Made by a program: the position numbers and the translations under genes. Below the pieces are notes generated by a model that saw only the letters and a program-made list of their open reading frames with translations, ran no database searches and had not been told where the DNA came from. Source: Gemmatimonas sp. (GTDB lineage Bacteria > Gemmatimonadota > Gemmatimonadetes > Gemmatimonadales > Gemmatimonadaceae). From it: 64,000 nucleotides of DNA. The stretch is from assembly GCA_965279375.1 (NCBI GenBank), contig OZ257156.1, forward strand, positions 2,048,001-2,112,000, given 5' to 3'. Shown in pieces: positions 34,244 to 43,490 of the stretch. Position 1 is the first letter of the stretch, and each line of letters opens with the position of its first letter.

Positions 34244-34288
34244 CCGAGTGCGCCTGCGCGGTCGCAGGCGCTGCACGCTGTCGGCGAG

Positions 34289-35356
34289 TCAGGAGATCGG
34301 CGTGCCCACGCCCTTTGGCACGACTGCACGGCCGATGGTACCGCGATCCGATCCGAACCAGATGCTCCGCGTCTGCCGGTCGAAGACCATGTGGCGCACC
34401 GTGTTGGGTGCCGCCGGACCGAGATCGGTTTGTGCGAAGAACTTGTCGGTCCGCGGATCGAATCCCACGAGCTTGTTGGGCTGCGAGCCGGTCTCCACGA
34501 ACCAGAGGCGGTCGTAGTCGTCGACGGTCATGGCATACGGCAGCGAGACGCCACCGCCAGGCATCGCCCATTCGCGCACAAGGCCGCTGACGGGATCGAG
34601 CTTGCCGAGGAAACCGCGCACGTAGTCCACGTACCAGACGGCGCCATCACTCGTGAGTGCGATACGGCGCCCGCGCGCCCGCGCGTCAGGCAGCGGATAC
34701 TCCGTCACCTTCATCGACACCGGATCGATCGTCCCGATGGCGTTGATGCCGAACAGGTTGAACCACGGACGGCCCTTGGCATCGATGACGATGCCGTACG
34801 GCCGAGAGCCGCGCTTGGCCATGCGCACCAGCTCGACCTTACCCGTGGAGCGCGACAGGTGGCCGAGCATGTTGCTGTTCTGGAGTGTGAACCAGAGGTT
34901 GCCGCTTTTGTCGAAGGCGATCGTGTGCGGGTCTTTCGCCTCAGGATCGGGCATTGGATAGCGTGTGATCGCGCCGGTCTTGGCATCGATGCGCCCGATC
35001 ATGCCGTTGCGATTGCCGGTGTACCACGCGTTGCCGTCGCGGTCCACGTTGACGGTGTGCGGGTTCGTTCCGGGATCGATCTCGATCCGCGTGAACTTGG
35101 CGTTGGTGGGATCGAAGCGTGCGACGTAGTTCCCTTCCTGCCCGACAAACCAGATGCGGCCATCGCCACCAAGCGCCGGGTCTCGTGGTCGGGTCGCGGC
35201 GCCCCAGGGCACGTTCCATTCCGTGAGCACCACGGAGTCTGCGCTCGGCGTCGAGCGTTGTGCGTGCAGCGCACACGGCGCGGCGACGATGAGAACGGAC
35301 TCGAGCAGCGAGAAGCTGGCGACAACGGAGCGCGTGCGTGTGCGCATCACGGACAT
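34289..35356 (-). CDS. Secreted Vgb (virginiamycin B lyase)-like beta-propeller protein
   Basis: Repeated P..I..D..G..WF...N.IG..DP..G blades; signal peptide. Confidence 0.85.
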   Translation of the reverse strand: MSVMRTRTRSVVASFSLLESVLIVAAPCALHAQRSTPSADSVVLTEWNVPWGAATRPRDPALGGDGRIWFVGQEGNYVARFDPTNAKFTRIEIDPGTNPHTVNVDRDGNAWYTGNRNGMIGRIDAKTGAITRYPMPDPEAKDPHTIAFDKSGNLWFTLQNSNMLGHLSRSTGKVELVRMAKRGSRPYGIVIDAKGRPWFNLFGINAIGTIDPVSMKVTEYPLPDARARGRRIALTSDGAVWYVDYVRGFLGKLDPVSGLVREWAMPGGGVSLPYAMTVDDYDRLWFVETGSQPNKLVGFDPRTDKFFAQTDLGPAAPNTVRHMVFDRQTRSIWFGSDRGTIGRAVVPKGVGTPIS

Positions 35357-35421
35357 CCTCGGGTGGGTTTCGGCGGGAAAGGTGCGCCACGGCCAGATGT
35401 CCAGCAAGCGGAGCCGTATCG

Positions 35422-36426
35422 CTAGCGGCGCCGGAACCGTTCGTAGTGATCCGTGGCGATGAAGTCGACACCCGCTTTCGTTGCCGCATTCCAGCGGGAC
35501 TCGACGGCAGCGGCGCCACCAAAATTGTACGAGCGCGTCAGACCGACACCGTCGTCGTTCACGAACCCATCGAGCGTGTAGAACCGGATCCAGAGCTGCT
35601 GGGCGTGCGCGCGCGCTACCAACGTCGACAATCGAGTGGAATCAGCGGCGGTCCATGCGCCGGCTTTAGTCGGTCCACCGGCTTCGACGACCAGCCACGG
35701 GAAGTTGACCCATCGCGCGTAGTTGGAGGCAGGCGCGGGAATCAGCTGGTCGGCGCTCATCAGCGAGAGCGCAGCTTCGCGCTCGTCGTCGTTCGCGCCG
35801 GGTGCATCAACCGGTATGACAGCGCCGAACGCACGCAGTGTCGCTCCCACGGGCACGGCGTCGTGAAAGCGCGCCCGTTGTGCCAAGTTCGAGCCCGTGA
35901 GCACCAGTAGGGGGCCCACACGCAGCGGCGACACGCGCTCGGGCGTGGCGGTGCGCGGCGCGGTCGTCAGCCACGACTCGTACTTGCCAAGCAGCGTGAA
36001 CACTGCGTCGAGCAGCGCCGGTTCGTTGGTTTTGAAATCCAGATTGAGCGTGATGACCGGCCACGTGGAGCGCTTGTTCTCCGCGAGCGCGCGCTCCATG
36101 ACCGGGCGAATCTTGTCGAAGAAGTACGACTCGAGCGTCGGTGCGCCGTCGAGTGCTTTCTTGTCGTGCGCCACCACAATCTGGTATGCGCCGTTAATTG
36201 CGTTGCGATACCAGAAGAGATCCTGTTCAATAGCGACGGGCGTGCCAGTCGCCAGCGCGCGATCGATGCGGTCGGTCCACTGGCCGCGCTCGGGATAGGC
36301 GTTGTGCGCGTCGAGCAGGACGCGCTGCCCCGGACCGAATCCTGCCTGCGCCGCGAGCGACATCGGCGGCGCACCGAGAAGCGCGCCGCCGATGGCCAGC
36401 AATCCAACCGCTGTTCGTACGTTCAC
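35422..36426 (-). CDS. Secreted PLC-like phosphodiesterase (TIM barrel)
   Basis: DAHNAY, AIEQDL, VVAHD, LNLDFK, IRFYT, GVDFIATD. Confidence 0.75.
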   Translation of the reverse strand: MNVRTAVGLLAIGGALLGAPPMSLAAQAGFGPGQRVLLDAHNAYPERGQWTDRIDRALATGTPVAIEQDLFWYRNAINGAYQIVVAHDKKALDGAPTLESYFFDKIRPVMERALAENKRSTWPVITLNLDFKTNEPALLDAVFTLLGKYESWLTTAPRTATPERVSPLRVGPLLVLTGSNLAQRARFHDAVPVGATLRAFGAVIPVDAPGANDDEREAALSLMSADQLIPAPASNYARWVNFPWLVVEAGGPTKAGAWTAADSTRLSTLVARAHAQQLWIRFYTLDGFVNDDGVGLTRSYNFGGAAAVESRWNAATKAGVDFIATDHYERFRRR

Positions 36427-36432
36427 TATCGT

Positions 36433-37125
36433 CTACTCGAGCCCGATCTGTTTGCGAATCGCCGCCGATGGGCCCTCGAACTTCTGCAACGGTACGTTGC
36501 CGATGTAGCCGATGTCCTTCCAGCCTTGTGGCGTGGTGTAGAACGCCGTGGCGGTCTGGTCGCGAATGGTGTCGAAGAACTGCGCCGCGAACGTGTAGCC
36601 GGGCTTGGCGTTGGGCAGGTAGCAGATGTCGTCGCAGATCGCGGCGCGCTGTGCGTCGGTGGCCAGATGAAAGCGCTTGCCGAATCGTGTCTGCGATTCG
36701 CGATCGATCCAGACCAGTCCGCCACGCACGCGCGCCAGCGACGCATCGCCACCCGGACGGCTGGCCCATTCGTTGATGTAGTCGGGCGCGCCGACGGTCG
36801 AAGCGGCCGGGCTCTTGGCGTCGGCCGGAATGATCATGTCGCACAACGCAGCGAGCGTGACCAGCTCGCGCGCCATCAGTCGCTTGGGCCACGTCACTTT
36901 CGCGCCGATGAGGATCGGATCGCTCGGCGTCCCACGCGGACCCTTGAGTGGCACCGGATCGAGCACGGGCAGCGGTGCACGCGCAGGCGAAATCACCGGA
37001 GCTGATTCTGCGGCCGCGCTGTTCGGGAGCATCGGTACGACGGCCGCAGCGGCCATCGCCTTGAGGGCATCGCGGCGCGACGTGTTGCCGATGCCGTTCG
37101 TGTTGTCGTTTGAATGCTGCGACAT
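36433..37125 (-). CDS. Gluconate 2-dehydrogenase subunit 3-family protein (Tat-exported)
   Basis: SRRDALK twin-arginine motif; LCDMIIP, FF..IRD....FYT...G...IGY.GN; TGATG coupling to the GMC gene. Confidence 0.9.
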   Translation of the reverse strand: MSQHSNDNTNGIGNTSRRDALKAMAAAAVVPMLPNSAAAESAPVISPARAPLPVLDPVPLKGPRGTPSDPILIGAKVTWPKRLMARELVTLAALCDMIIPADAKSPAASTVGAPDYINEWASRPGGDASLARVRGGLVWIDRESQTRFGKRFHLATDAQRAAICDDICYLPNAKPGYTFAAQFFDTIRDQTATAFYTTPQGWKDIGYIGNVPLQKFEGPSAAIRKQIGLE

Positions 37126-38915
37126 CAGAGGTTCCCCCGCTTCATTTCGGCGACGAGGTGATCGCAGCTGCGCCACGCGAGTGCGAGAATGGAGAGCGTC
37201 GGGTTCTTGTCGGCGTTGCTGGTGAAGGCTGCGCCGTCGGTGACGAAGAGGTTGGGCACTTCCCACGTCTGTCCGTGCGCGTTGAGCACCGACGTCTTGG
37301 GATCTGCACCCATGCGTACCGTGCCGACTTCATGGATGATCTGGCCACCCTTGGCGATCACCTTGTTGCCGTCGGTCTGCACGGTGCCCTGCACCTTGCC
37401 GCCCATCTTGTCCACGATCTCGGCGAACGTCTTCACCATGTGTGCCGCCTGATCGATCTCGTGCGACGACCACTTCCAGTGGAACTTGAGCACGGGGATG
37501 CCCCACTGATCCACCACATCCGGATCGAGCTCGCAGTACGAGTCTTCGTTGGGAATCATCTCGCCGCGCCCGTCGAAGTACATGAACGAGCCGTAGTAGC
37601 GACGCGCCTCTTCCTTGAACTTCTTGCCGTACGCGCCCTTGGTGTAGCTCTCGAGGCCGCCCATGAATCCAGCGCCCGGCATGCCACGTCCGCCACCGAA
37701 CTCGATGTGGTAGCCGCGTGCGAACGACATCTTGTTGGCCGCCTGATCCTTGTAGAGCCACCACGGCATGTACATGTGAATGCCGGCCGTGCCGTCTTCG
37801 TTGATCGGCGGAAGCCCTTCGAGGCGCGGGATCTGCGCCGAGAGGCCAGCGCCGACCGTGTCCATGAGATACTTGCCGACGACGCCACTGCCGTTGGCGA
37901 TGCCGTTGGGAAACTGCGTGCTCTTGGAGTTGAGCATGATGCGCGACGTTTCGGCGGCACTCGCCGCGAGCACGACCACCTTGGCGGTCACGTGGTGCTC
38001 GATGCGCGTGAGCTTGTCGATGTAGTGCACGCCACTCGCCTTGCCCTTGGCGTCCACCGTCACTTCGCGCACCATCGCGTCGGTGATCAGCGTGACGTTG
38101 CCCGTGGCCATCGCGGGCGGCATTAACACCGTGCTGCTCTGGAAGTTCGCCTTGATGGAGCAACCGCGGCCGCAATCAGTGGCGTAGAAGCACGCCTGAC
38201 GCTCGAGCATGCTCTGGCGCAGCACGCGCTGCGCGAGGGCGTTGCCCGGATGCAGCTTGGCCGGCAACCGCGCGGCGTCCTGCTTGGCCGTCAGTACAGC
38301 GCGGTGCGCGGGAATGACCGGAATGTTGAGCGGATCGCACGCCTGCTTGGTGAGCAGCTCGTACGTGCGCGGTGCGGGGGCGGGCTGCAGCACGCCCGGC
38401 GACGAACGCGGCGTGTTCTCGAGATCGTCGTCACCGCCGTACACACCGATGAGCAGTTCCGTCTTGTCGTAGTACGGGGCGAGCTCTTCGTACGTCAGCG
38501 GCCAGTCCGCGCCCAAACCGTCGCGGCTCTTGGGCTTGAAGTCGTACGGACCCATGCGGAGCGAAATGCGTCCCCAGTGGTTCGTGCGTCCGCCGACCAT
38601 GCGTGAGCGCCACCATTGGAAATCGGTGCCCGGCGCATTCGTGTACGGCTCACCCGGTACACGCCACCCGCCATCCACGGTGGCGTCGTAGAAGCCGAAC
38701 GGCTTGTCCGCGTTCCCCGAGCCGCGCAACGGCGCGTCCTTGGGGGTCTGGAACATCGGCGTCTCGGTGATGGGGTCGTAGTTACGCCCTGCTTCCAGCA
38801 CGCAGACCTTGAGTCCCTGCACGCTGAGTTGATAGGCGGCCATGCCGCCACCGGCACCAGAGCCAACCACGATGACGTCGTACTGCGTGTCGGTCTTGGA
38901 GCGACGCAAGGACAC
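37125..38915 (-). CDS. GMC-family flavoprotein oxidoreductase (sugar/glycoside dehydrogenase large subunit)
   Basis: VVGSGAGG FAD motif, GGRTNHWG, C...CGRGC, HEVGTVRMG, NPTLSILAL. Confidence 0.93.
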   Translation of the reverse strand: MSLRRSKTDTQYDVIVVGSGAGGGMAAYQLSVQGLKVCVLEAGRNYDPITETPMFQTPKDAPLRGSGNADKPFGFYDATVDGGWRVPGEPYTNAPGTDFQWWRSRMVGGRTNHWGRISLRMGPYDFKPKSRDGLGADWPLTYEELAPYYDKTELLIGVYGGDDDLENTPRSSPGVLQPAPAPRTYELLTKQACDPLNIPVIPAHRAVLTAKQDAARLPAKLHPGNALAQRVLRQSMLERQACFYATDCGRGCSIKANFQSSTVLMPPAMATGNVTLITDAMVREVTVDAKGKASGVHYIDKLTRIEHHVTAKVVVLAASAAETSRIMLNSKSTQFPNGIANGSGVVGKYLMDTVGAGLSAQIPRLEGLPPINEDGTAGIHMYMPWWLYKDQAANKMSFARGYHIEFGGGRGMPGAGFMGGLESYTKGAYGKKFKEEARRYYGSFMYFDGRGEMIPNEDSYCELDPDVVDQWGIPVLKFHWKWSSHEIDQAAHMVKTFAEIVDKMGGKVQGTVQTDGNKVIAKGGQIIHEVGTVRMGADPKTSVLNAHGQTWEVPNLFVTDGAAFTSNADKNPTLSILALAWRSCDHLVAEMKRGNL

Positions 38916-39161
38916 GAGGGGAACTCCTCAAACGGCGGGATGCGGGAGGGGAACGCGAGGCCACGCCAAGTTACGGCCGGGGCCAGCGGTTGCAAACGGG
39001 CGCGATGTCACCCCATCCCGCCCCGCGCGGTGAGGAAACGTCACGGCACGAGCAGCTTTGTTACGCCACTCGCCAAAGGCTCAAGTCGGCGCCCGGGACA
39101 GGCCGATACCCGCAAGGACGGGCGATGCCGCCCCACTGCATTTCTCCCGCGCCCACCTCCC

Positions 39162-40427
39162 ATGTCGCCTCGCGTTCTGCTCCACGTGTGCAGCGCACTG
39201 CTGCTGCCGCTGCCGCTGTTTGCCCAGCATCCTGTCGAAAAGCACGAGGCCAAGCCGGTTGCCACGGCAAGCCACGCTGCATCACACGACACCGGCTCGT
39301 CGTGCACGACCCTGTCGACGGTGGGCACGTCGCACTTCGTCTTTCCGGAGACTGCCGGTCCAGGATTCGCCTCCTACATCGATTCGTCCGTTCGCATCGA
39401 AGGCGGACAGCGCGTCATGATCGGGTGCCGCTCGTTCGTGGGCCCTTTTGCGTCGCTCGACGGATCGCTGGGGCCGATCGCGATCGGCGATGGCTCGGAC
39501 ATTCAGGACAACGTGCTCATTTCCGGGCGCATGGTCGTGCTGGGGGACAACGTCATCGTGGCGCATGGCGCGACGATCGTGGGGCCGGTCTCCATCGGCG
39601 CGCCCAACGGCAAGCCGGCGTTCGTCGGCTTCAACTCCTACATCGACGGCGCGACGATCGAGCCGGATGCGATGGTCACGCACCTCGTGCGCGTCTCGCC
39701 GGGCATCACGATCCACAGTGGCATGAAGGTGCAGCCGGGCAAGTGGATTCAGACGCAGGCCGAAGCAGACGATCCGTCACTCGGCAAGGTCGTGAAGCTG
39801 AATGAAGCCGACCGCGAGTTCATGGCCGGCGTGCTGCACGTCAACGTTGCGTTCGCGGCCGGCTACACGGACCTCTTTCACTCGGCGCCGGCGCAGGTCA
39901 GCGGTGCGGGGCGCGATCCGGGGCACAGTGACTTCAATCAAGACGCCGACATGCCGACGTTCGCGGGCAAGGCCGAATCGCATCCGGAGTTCGACAACCG
40001 CATCATCGGCGGCGTGGAGATGGCCGATTCCTACGCGAATCTGATCAAGAAGATGGGGCACAACATCGCGATTCGCGCCGACGAGGGTGAGCACTTCCAC
40101 TTCGGACTCGTCGGGCTGCTGCAGGATCGCGTCACGTTCCATGCACTCGAGCACTGCGACATCGACATCGGCAACAACAACACGTTTGGCTATCACGTGG
40201 TGGTGCACGGCGGCCCGGACGACGCGAGCGAGCCACATGCAGTCACGCGTACGGAAGACGACGTGACGGTACGCGATTGGGCCGTGCTCTTCCGCTCAAA
40301 GGTGGGGAAGGGAAGCACGATCGGCGTGAAGGCGTATGTGGATGGCTCACATCTCGCGCCGGGCACCATTGTCCCCGATCGCGCGATCATGATCAAGGAC
40401 AAGATCGTCGGCTACGTCGAGTGGTAG
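39162..40427 (+). CDS. Secreted gamma-class carbonic anhydrase-like protein with two tandem left-handed beta-helix domains
   Basis: Signal peptide; domain 1 IQDNV..., VAHGA, QAEAD, VNVAFAAGY; domain 2 IRADEG, QDRVTFHALE, VVHG, FRSKVG; these match Methanosarcina Cam motifs. Confidence 0.85.
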   Translation: MSPRVLLHVCSALLLPLPLFAQHPVEKHEAKPVATASHAASHDTGSSCTTLSTVGTSHFVFPETAGPGFASYIDSSVRIEGGQRVMIGCRSFVGPFASLDGSLGPIAIGDGSDIQDNVLISGRMVVLGDNVIVAHGATIVGPVSIGAPNGKPAFVGFNSYIDGATIEPDAMVTHLVRVSPGITIHSGMKVQPGKWIQTQAEADDPSLGKVVKLNEADREFMAGVLHVNVAFAAGYTDLFHSAPAQVSGAGRDPGHSDFNQDADMPTFAGKAESHPEFDNRIIGGVEMADSYANLIKKMGHNIAIRADEGEHFHFGLVGLLQDRVTFHALEHCDIDIGNNNTFGYHVVVHGGPDDASEPHAVTRTEDDVTVRDWAVLFRSKVGKGSTIGVKAYVDGSHLAPGTIVPDRAIMIKDKIVGYVEW

Positions 40428-40462
40428 CTGAGAGGTAGCCGAGCGTTAGGTCACGGAGCGCC

Positions 40463-42925
40463 TCAGGGCGCTCCGATGGCCTGGCGAAGTGAAGCGGCCC
40501 ATTCGGGCGGTGCCACGAACAGCTGTTCAGGAAACTTCTTGTAGCGCGCGATCTCGTTGAAGATTTCGCCTTCGGTGTATGCATTGAGGCCGACACCGGC
40601 GAGATACTGCAACCGCAGGTTACGGTCGGTGTTGATCGCCGAGCCTTTGAGCCATTCCTGCAAGTCGCGTCCGCTGCCCGCGTAGGTGGAGAAGAGATCG
40701 AGCGGTGACGAGAAGCCCGACTCGACGAGCGAGCCGCCAACCTTCATGTAGCCGGCGTCCTGAAAGCGACGCTCCATCGCGTTGATGTCGATGCGCGACG
40801 GACCATCCTGCCCCAGCAACACGATGTCGTAGCCGCGCCCGTCGATGTTGTTGGCCCAGACGGTGCCCTCGGGGAAGACCTCAAAGAACGTGGCGAGTTC
40901 GCTGCGCACCGCATCGAGCGTGCTTTCGTAGAGCGGTACCCACTGTGTGACCACACCGCCCGGCTTGAGATGCGCCTTGACCGCGTTGAAGTACTCGCGC
41001 GTGTAGAGTGAGGCCGCGCCCTTTACCCACGGATTGATCGGGTCCGACGTGATCACGTCGAACTGTTCGTCGCTGGTGAGCACGAAGCTGCGCGCATCGT
41101 CGAAGTAGATCTGCGTGCGCGGGTCGGAGACGACGTTGTTGTTCTCCTTGGTGAACCACGTCGACACCACCTGCGGAATGAGCGGTTCGATCTCGCAGAT
41201 GACCAGTCGCTTGACCGACGGATACGGCAGGAACGAACCGGCCGTGACACCCGCACCAAAGCCCACCACCAGCACCGACTGCGGATTGGGGTGCACGAGC
41301 GCCGGCAGATGCGCGAGCATCTTCTGCAGGCGCATGTCCTGCGGCAGGCTGGAGGCTTCGACCTTGCCGCTCACGTGGAATTGCGTGGCGCCGCTGGCGA
41401 GGACCTTGGTGACGGCGACGGAGCTGTTCATTCCTTCGCCGATGTAAAGCATCTCCGTCTTGCCCAGCCACGTGACCGCGTAGCGGCCGTGCGCGACGAG
41501 CGCGCCTGGAAGCGTGGGGAGCGTGACGATGCCAAGCAATGCGAGGACGGGCGCGAGCACCAACGCGATGCTCGTGCGCGGTCTCTCCGAGATCAGCACC
41601 AACAGCGCGGCCGCTGCCGCGCCAGCGATGAGCACGCGCTGCGCATCCTGTGTGCCCAACATCGGGATCAACACCAGACTGCAGAGGACCGCACCCGCAA
41701 TCGAGCCGATGGTGTTGGCTGCGTACACACCGCCAACGAGACGCGCGGCATCCTGTCCCGGACGCGCCAGCGCGGCGAGTGCGAACGGAAAGCTCGCGCC
41801 CCACAGCAGCGCCGCCGGAAATACCGCCAATGCACACCGCGCAAGATCGAGCTGCAGTGCGAACCACGCACTCGGCGCCAGCGACGGGTTGATGGGCCAG
41901 TTGGGAAGCGCGCGATAGATCACCCACGCGGCCCACGCGATGGCCAGCACGAGCAACAGCTGACACCACGCGAGCGCACGACGCGGACTCTCCACGATGC
42001 GCGCGAGCCACGACGCCACCGCACTGCCGATGCCCAACCCCGCGAGGAACACCGCGAGGATCATCGAGAAGGTGTAGACAGACGCGCCGAAGGTGAGTGA
42101 CAGCAATCGCGTCCACACGACTTCGGCGCCGAGCGCGCACGCGCCGGAGAGCCCGATGGCGAGATAGACCTCGCGAGCGCCAGCGATCGGTGCAGCCGAC
42201 GTCGCGCCTTGCGCCGACGCGTCATTGGCCGTGACCGCAGCAGCGTTGTCGCCGGACGCACGCGCCGGTGTGCGGAGAGAAATCACCCAAGCGATCGCAG
42301 CCACGAGCACGTTGAGTGCGGCAGCCACGTACGTCGCGTAGCCCTGGTCGTGGATGCGCAGCAGATAGAAGCCGGCCAGCACACTGCCGATGACCGCGCC
42401 CGCAATGTTGCCGCCGTAGAAGAAGCCGAGCCACGAGATGCCGCGTTCGCTCGATTCCACCCAGCGTGCGATGGCGGGAAGCGTCGCACCCATCAGCACG
42501 GTGGGCGGCAGCAGGCACAGCGCCGCCACCACGCCGCGCAGCGCGAGCGCCGCCGCGCCGTGGCCGACTGCGGGCGAGTACAGCTTCCCGACCAGCGGAA
42601 TCGCGAACAGTTCCAACACGCCGATGACGCCGATCGACAGCTCCAGCATGGCGTACAGCTGCAGCGGGTGCCGGGAGCGTGACGCGAGTCGTGGTAGCGC
42701 GAGACTGCCGATGCACATCCCGCCCATATAGACGGCGAGCAGCACGCCGAGCGAGATCGCTGACGAACCGATCACCAGCTCGAGGAGTTGAAACCACACG
42801 ACCTCGTAGATGAGCGCGCACACGCCGCTGCCGACGAACAGGAGCAACAGGAACGGAAGCAGCTTGGCGGACGCCAGATCGAGCGCGGCGTCGGCAGTGG
42901 AGGCGCGTAAGGTGCGGCTGGTCAT
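40463..42925 (-). CDS. Fused MFS-like membrane domain / spermidine synthase-like protein
   Basis: SG..ALIYEVVW duplicated TM block; VLVVGFGAGVT, CEIEP, DDAR, FDVITSDP, LYTREYF. Confidence 0.9.
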   Translation of the reverse strand: MTSRTLRASTADAALDLASAKLLPFLLLLFVGSGVCALIYEVVWFQLLELVIGSSAISLGVLLAVYMGGMCIGSLALPRLASRSRHPLQLYAMLELSIGVIGVLELFAIPLVGKLYSPAVGHGAAALALRGVVAALCLLPPTVLMGATLPAIARWVESSERGISWLGFFYGGNIAGAVIGSVLAGFYLLRIHDQGYATYVAAALNVLVAAIAWVISLRTPARASGDNAAAVTANDASAQGATSAAPIAGAREVYLAIGLSGACALGAEVVWTRLLSLTFGASVYTFSMILAVFLAGLGIGSAVASWLARIVESPRRALAWCQLLLVLAIAWAAWVIYRALPNWPINPSLAPSAWFALQLDLARCALAVFPAALLWGASFPFALAALARPGQDAARLVGGVYAANTIGSIAGAVLCSLVLIPMLGTQDAQRVLIAGAAAAALLVLISERPRTSIALVLAPVLALLGIVTLPTLPGALVAHGRYAVTWLGKTEMLYIGEGMNSSVAVTKVLASGATQFHVSGKVEASSLPQDMRLQKMLAHLPALVHPNPQSVLVVGFGAGVTAGSFLPYPSVKRLVICEIEPLIPQVVSTWFTKENNNVVSDPRTQIYFDDARSFVLTSDEQFDVITSDPINPWVKGAASLYTREYFNAVKAHLKPGGVVTQWVPLYESTLDAVRSELATFFEVFPEGTVWANNIDGRGYDIVLLGQDGPSRIDINAMERRFQDAGYMKVGGSLVESGFSSPLDLFSTYAGSGRDLQEWLKGSAINTDRNLRLQYLAGVGLNAYTEGEIFNEIARYKKFPEQLFVAPPEWAASLRQAIGAP

Positions 42926-43049
42926 GCGGTTGGGGCGCGTGGAAATGTGGGGGAGCGCACCGCAGTCGCGGGATTGTCCTGTGTGCGTCCGATCTGTAGC
43001 ATCTTACGGGCTCGTCTGACCGGCTGTTGTCCTTTTCTGGAGCGAAGCG

Positions 43050-43364
43050 ATGGGCGGAGCTGTCGTAGCGGTCATCATCCTTCGCAAGCAGGAAGATCTC
43101 GTCGAGCATTTTCGGCGCGCGCGCGCCACGTCGGCCGCGACCGCCAAGTCGCTCGACGAACTCGGTGTCGATGACCGGGCCGTCTGGCACAGCATGGTGC
43201 GGCGAGCTGTGGTCCGTGAGGTATCGCCCGGTCGCTTCTATCTCGACGAGCCGTCGTGGCAGGCGATGAAGGGGGGCCGCCGGGTCCGTGTGGGGCTCGT
43301 GCTGGCGGCCCTGGCGCTGCTCGCGGCGGCGCTACTCGTTGGCAAATCGATGGCGGCCCTGTAG
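43050..43364 (+). CDS. Small hypothetical protein with C-terminal TM helix
   Basis: GC3-biased ORF filling the gap; hydrophobic C-terminus. Confidence 0.65.
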   Translation: MGGAVVAVIILRKQEDLVEHFRRARATSAATAKSLDELGVDDRAVWHSMVRRAVVREVSPGRFYLDEPSWQAMKGGRRVRVGLVLAALALLAAALLVGKSMAAL

Positions 43365-43490
43365 GGCGTCGCGGGGCGAAACGAGCGTCACGCGGGTCCA
43401 ACTGGGGTTGAATCGTCCGAGTACGCGCGGTAGCGTTGCCGGTCCCCACCCCATCCTGCCCGCCGCGCTCGCGGCCTTTGAGGAGCCCCG

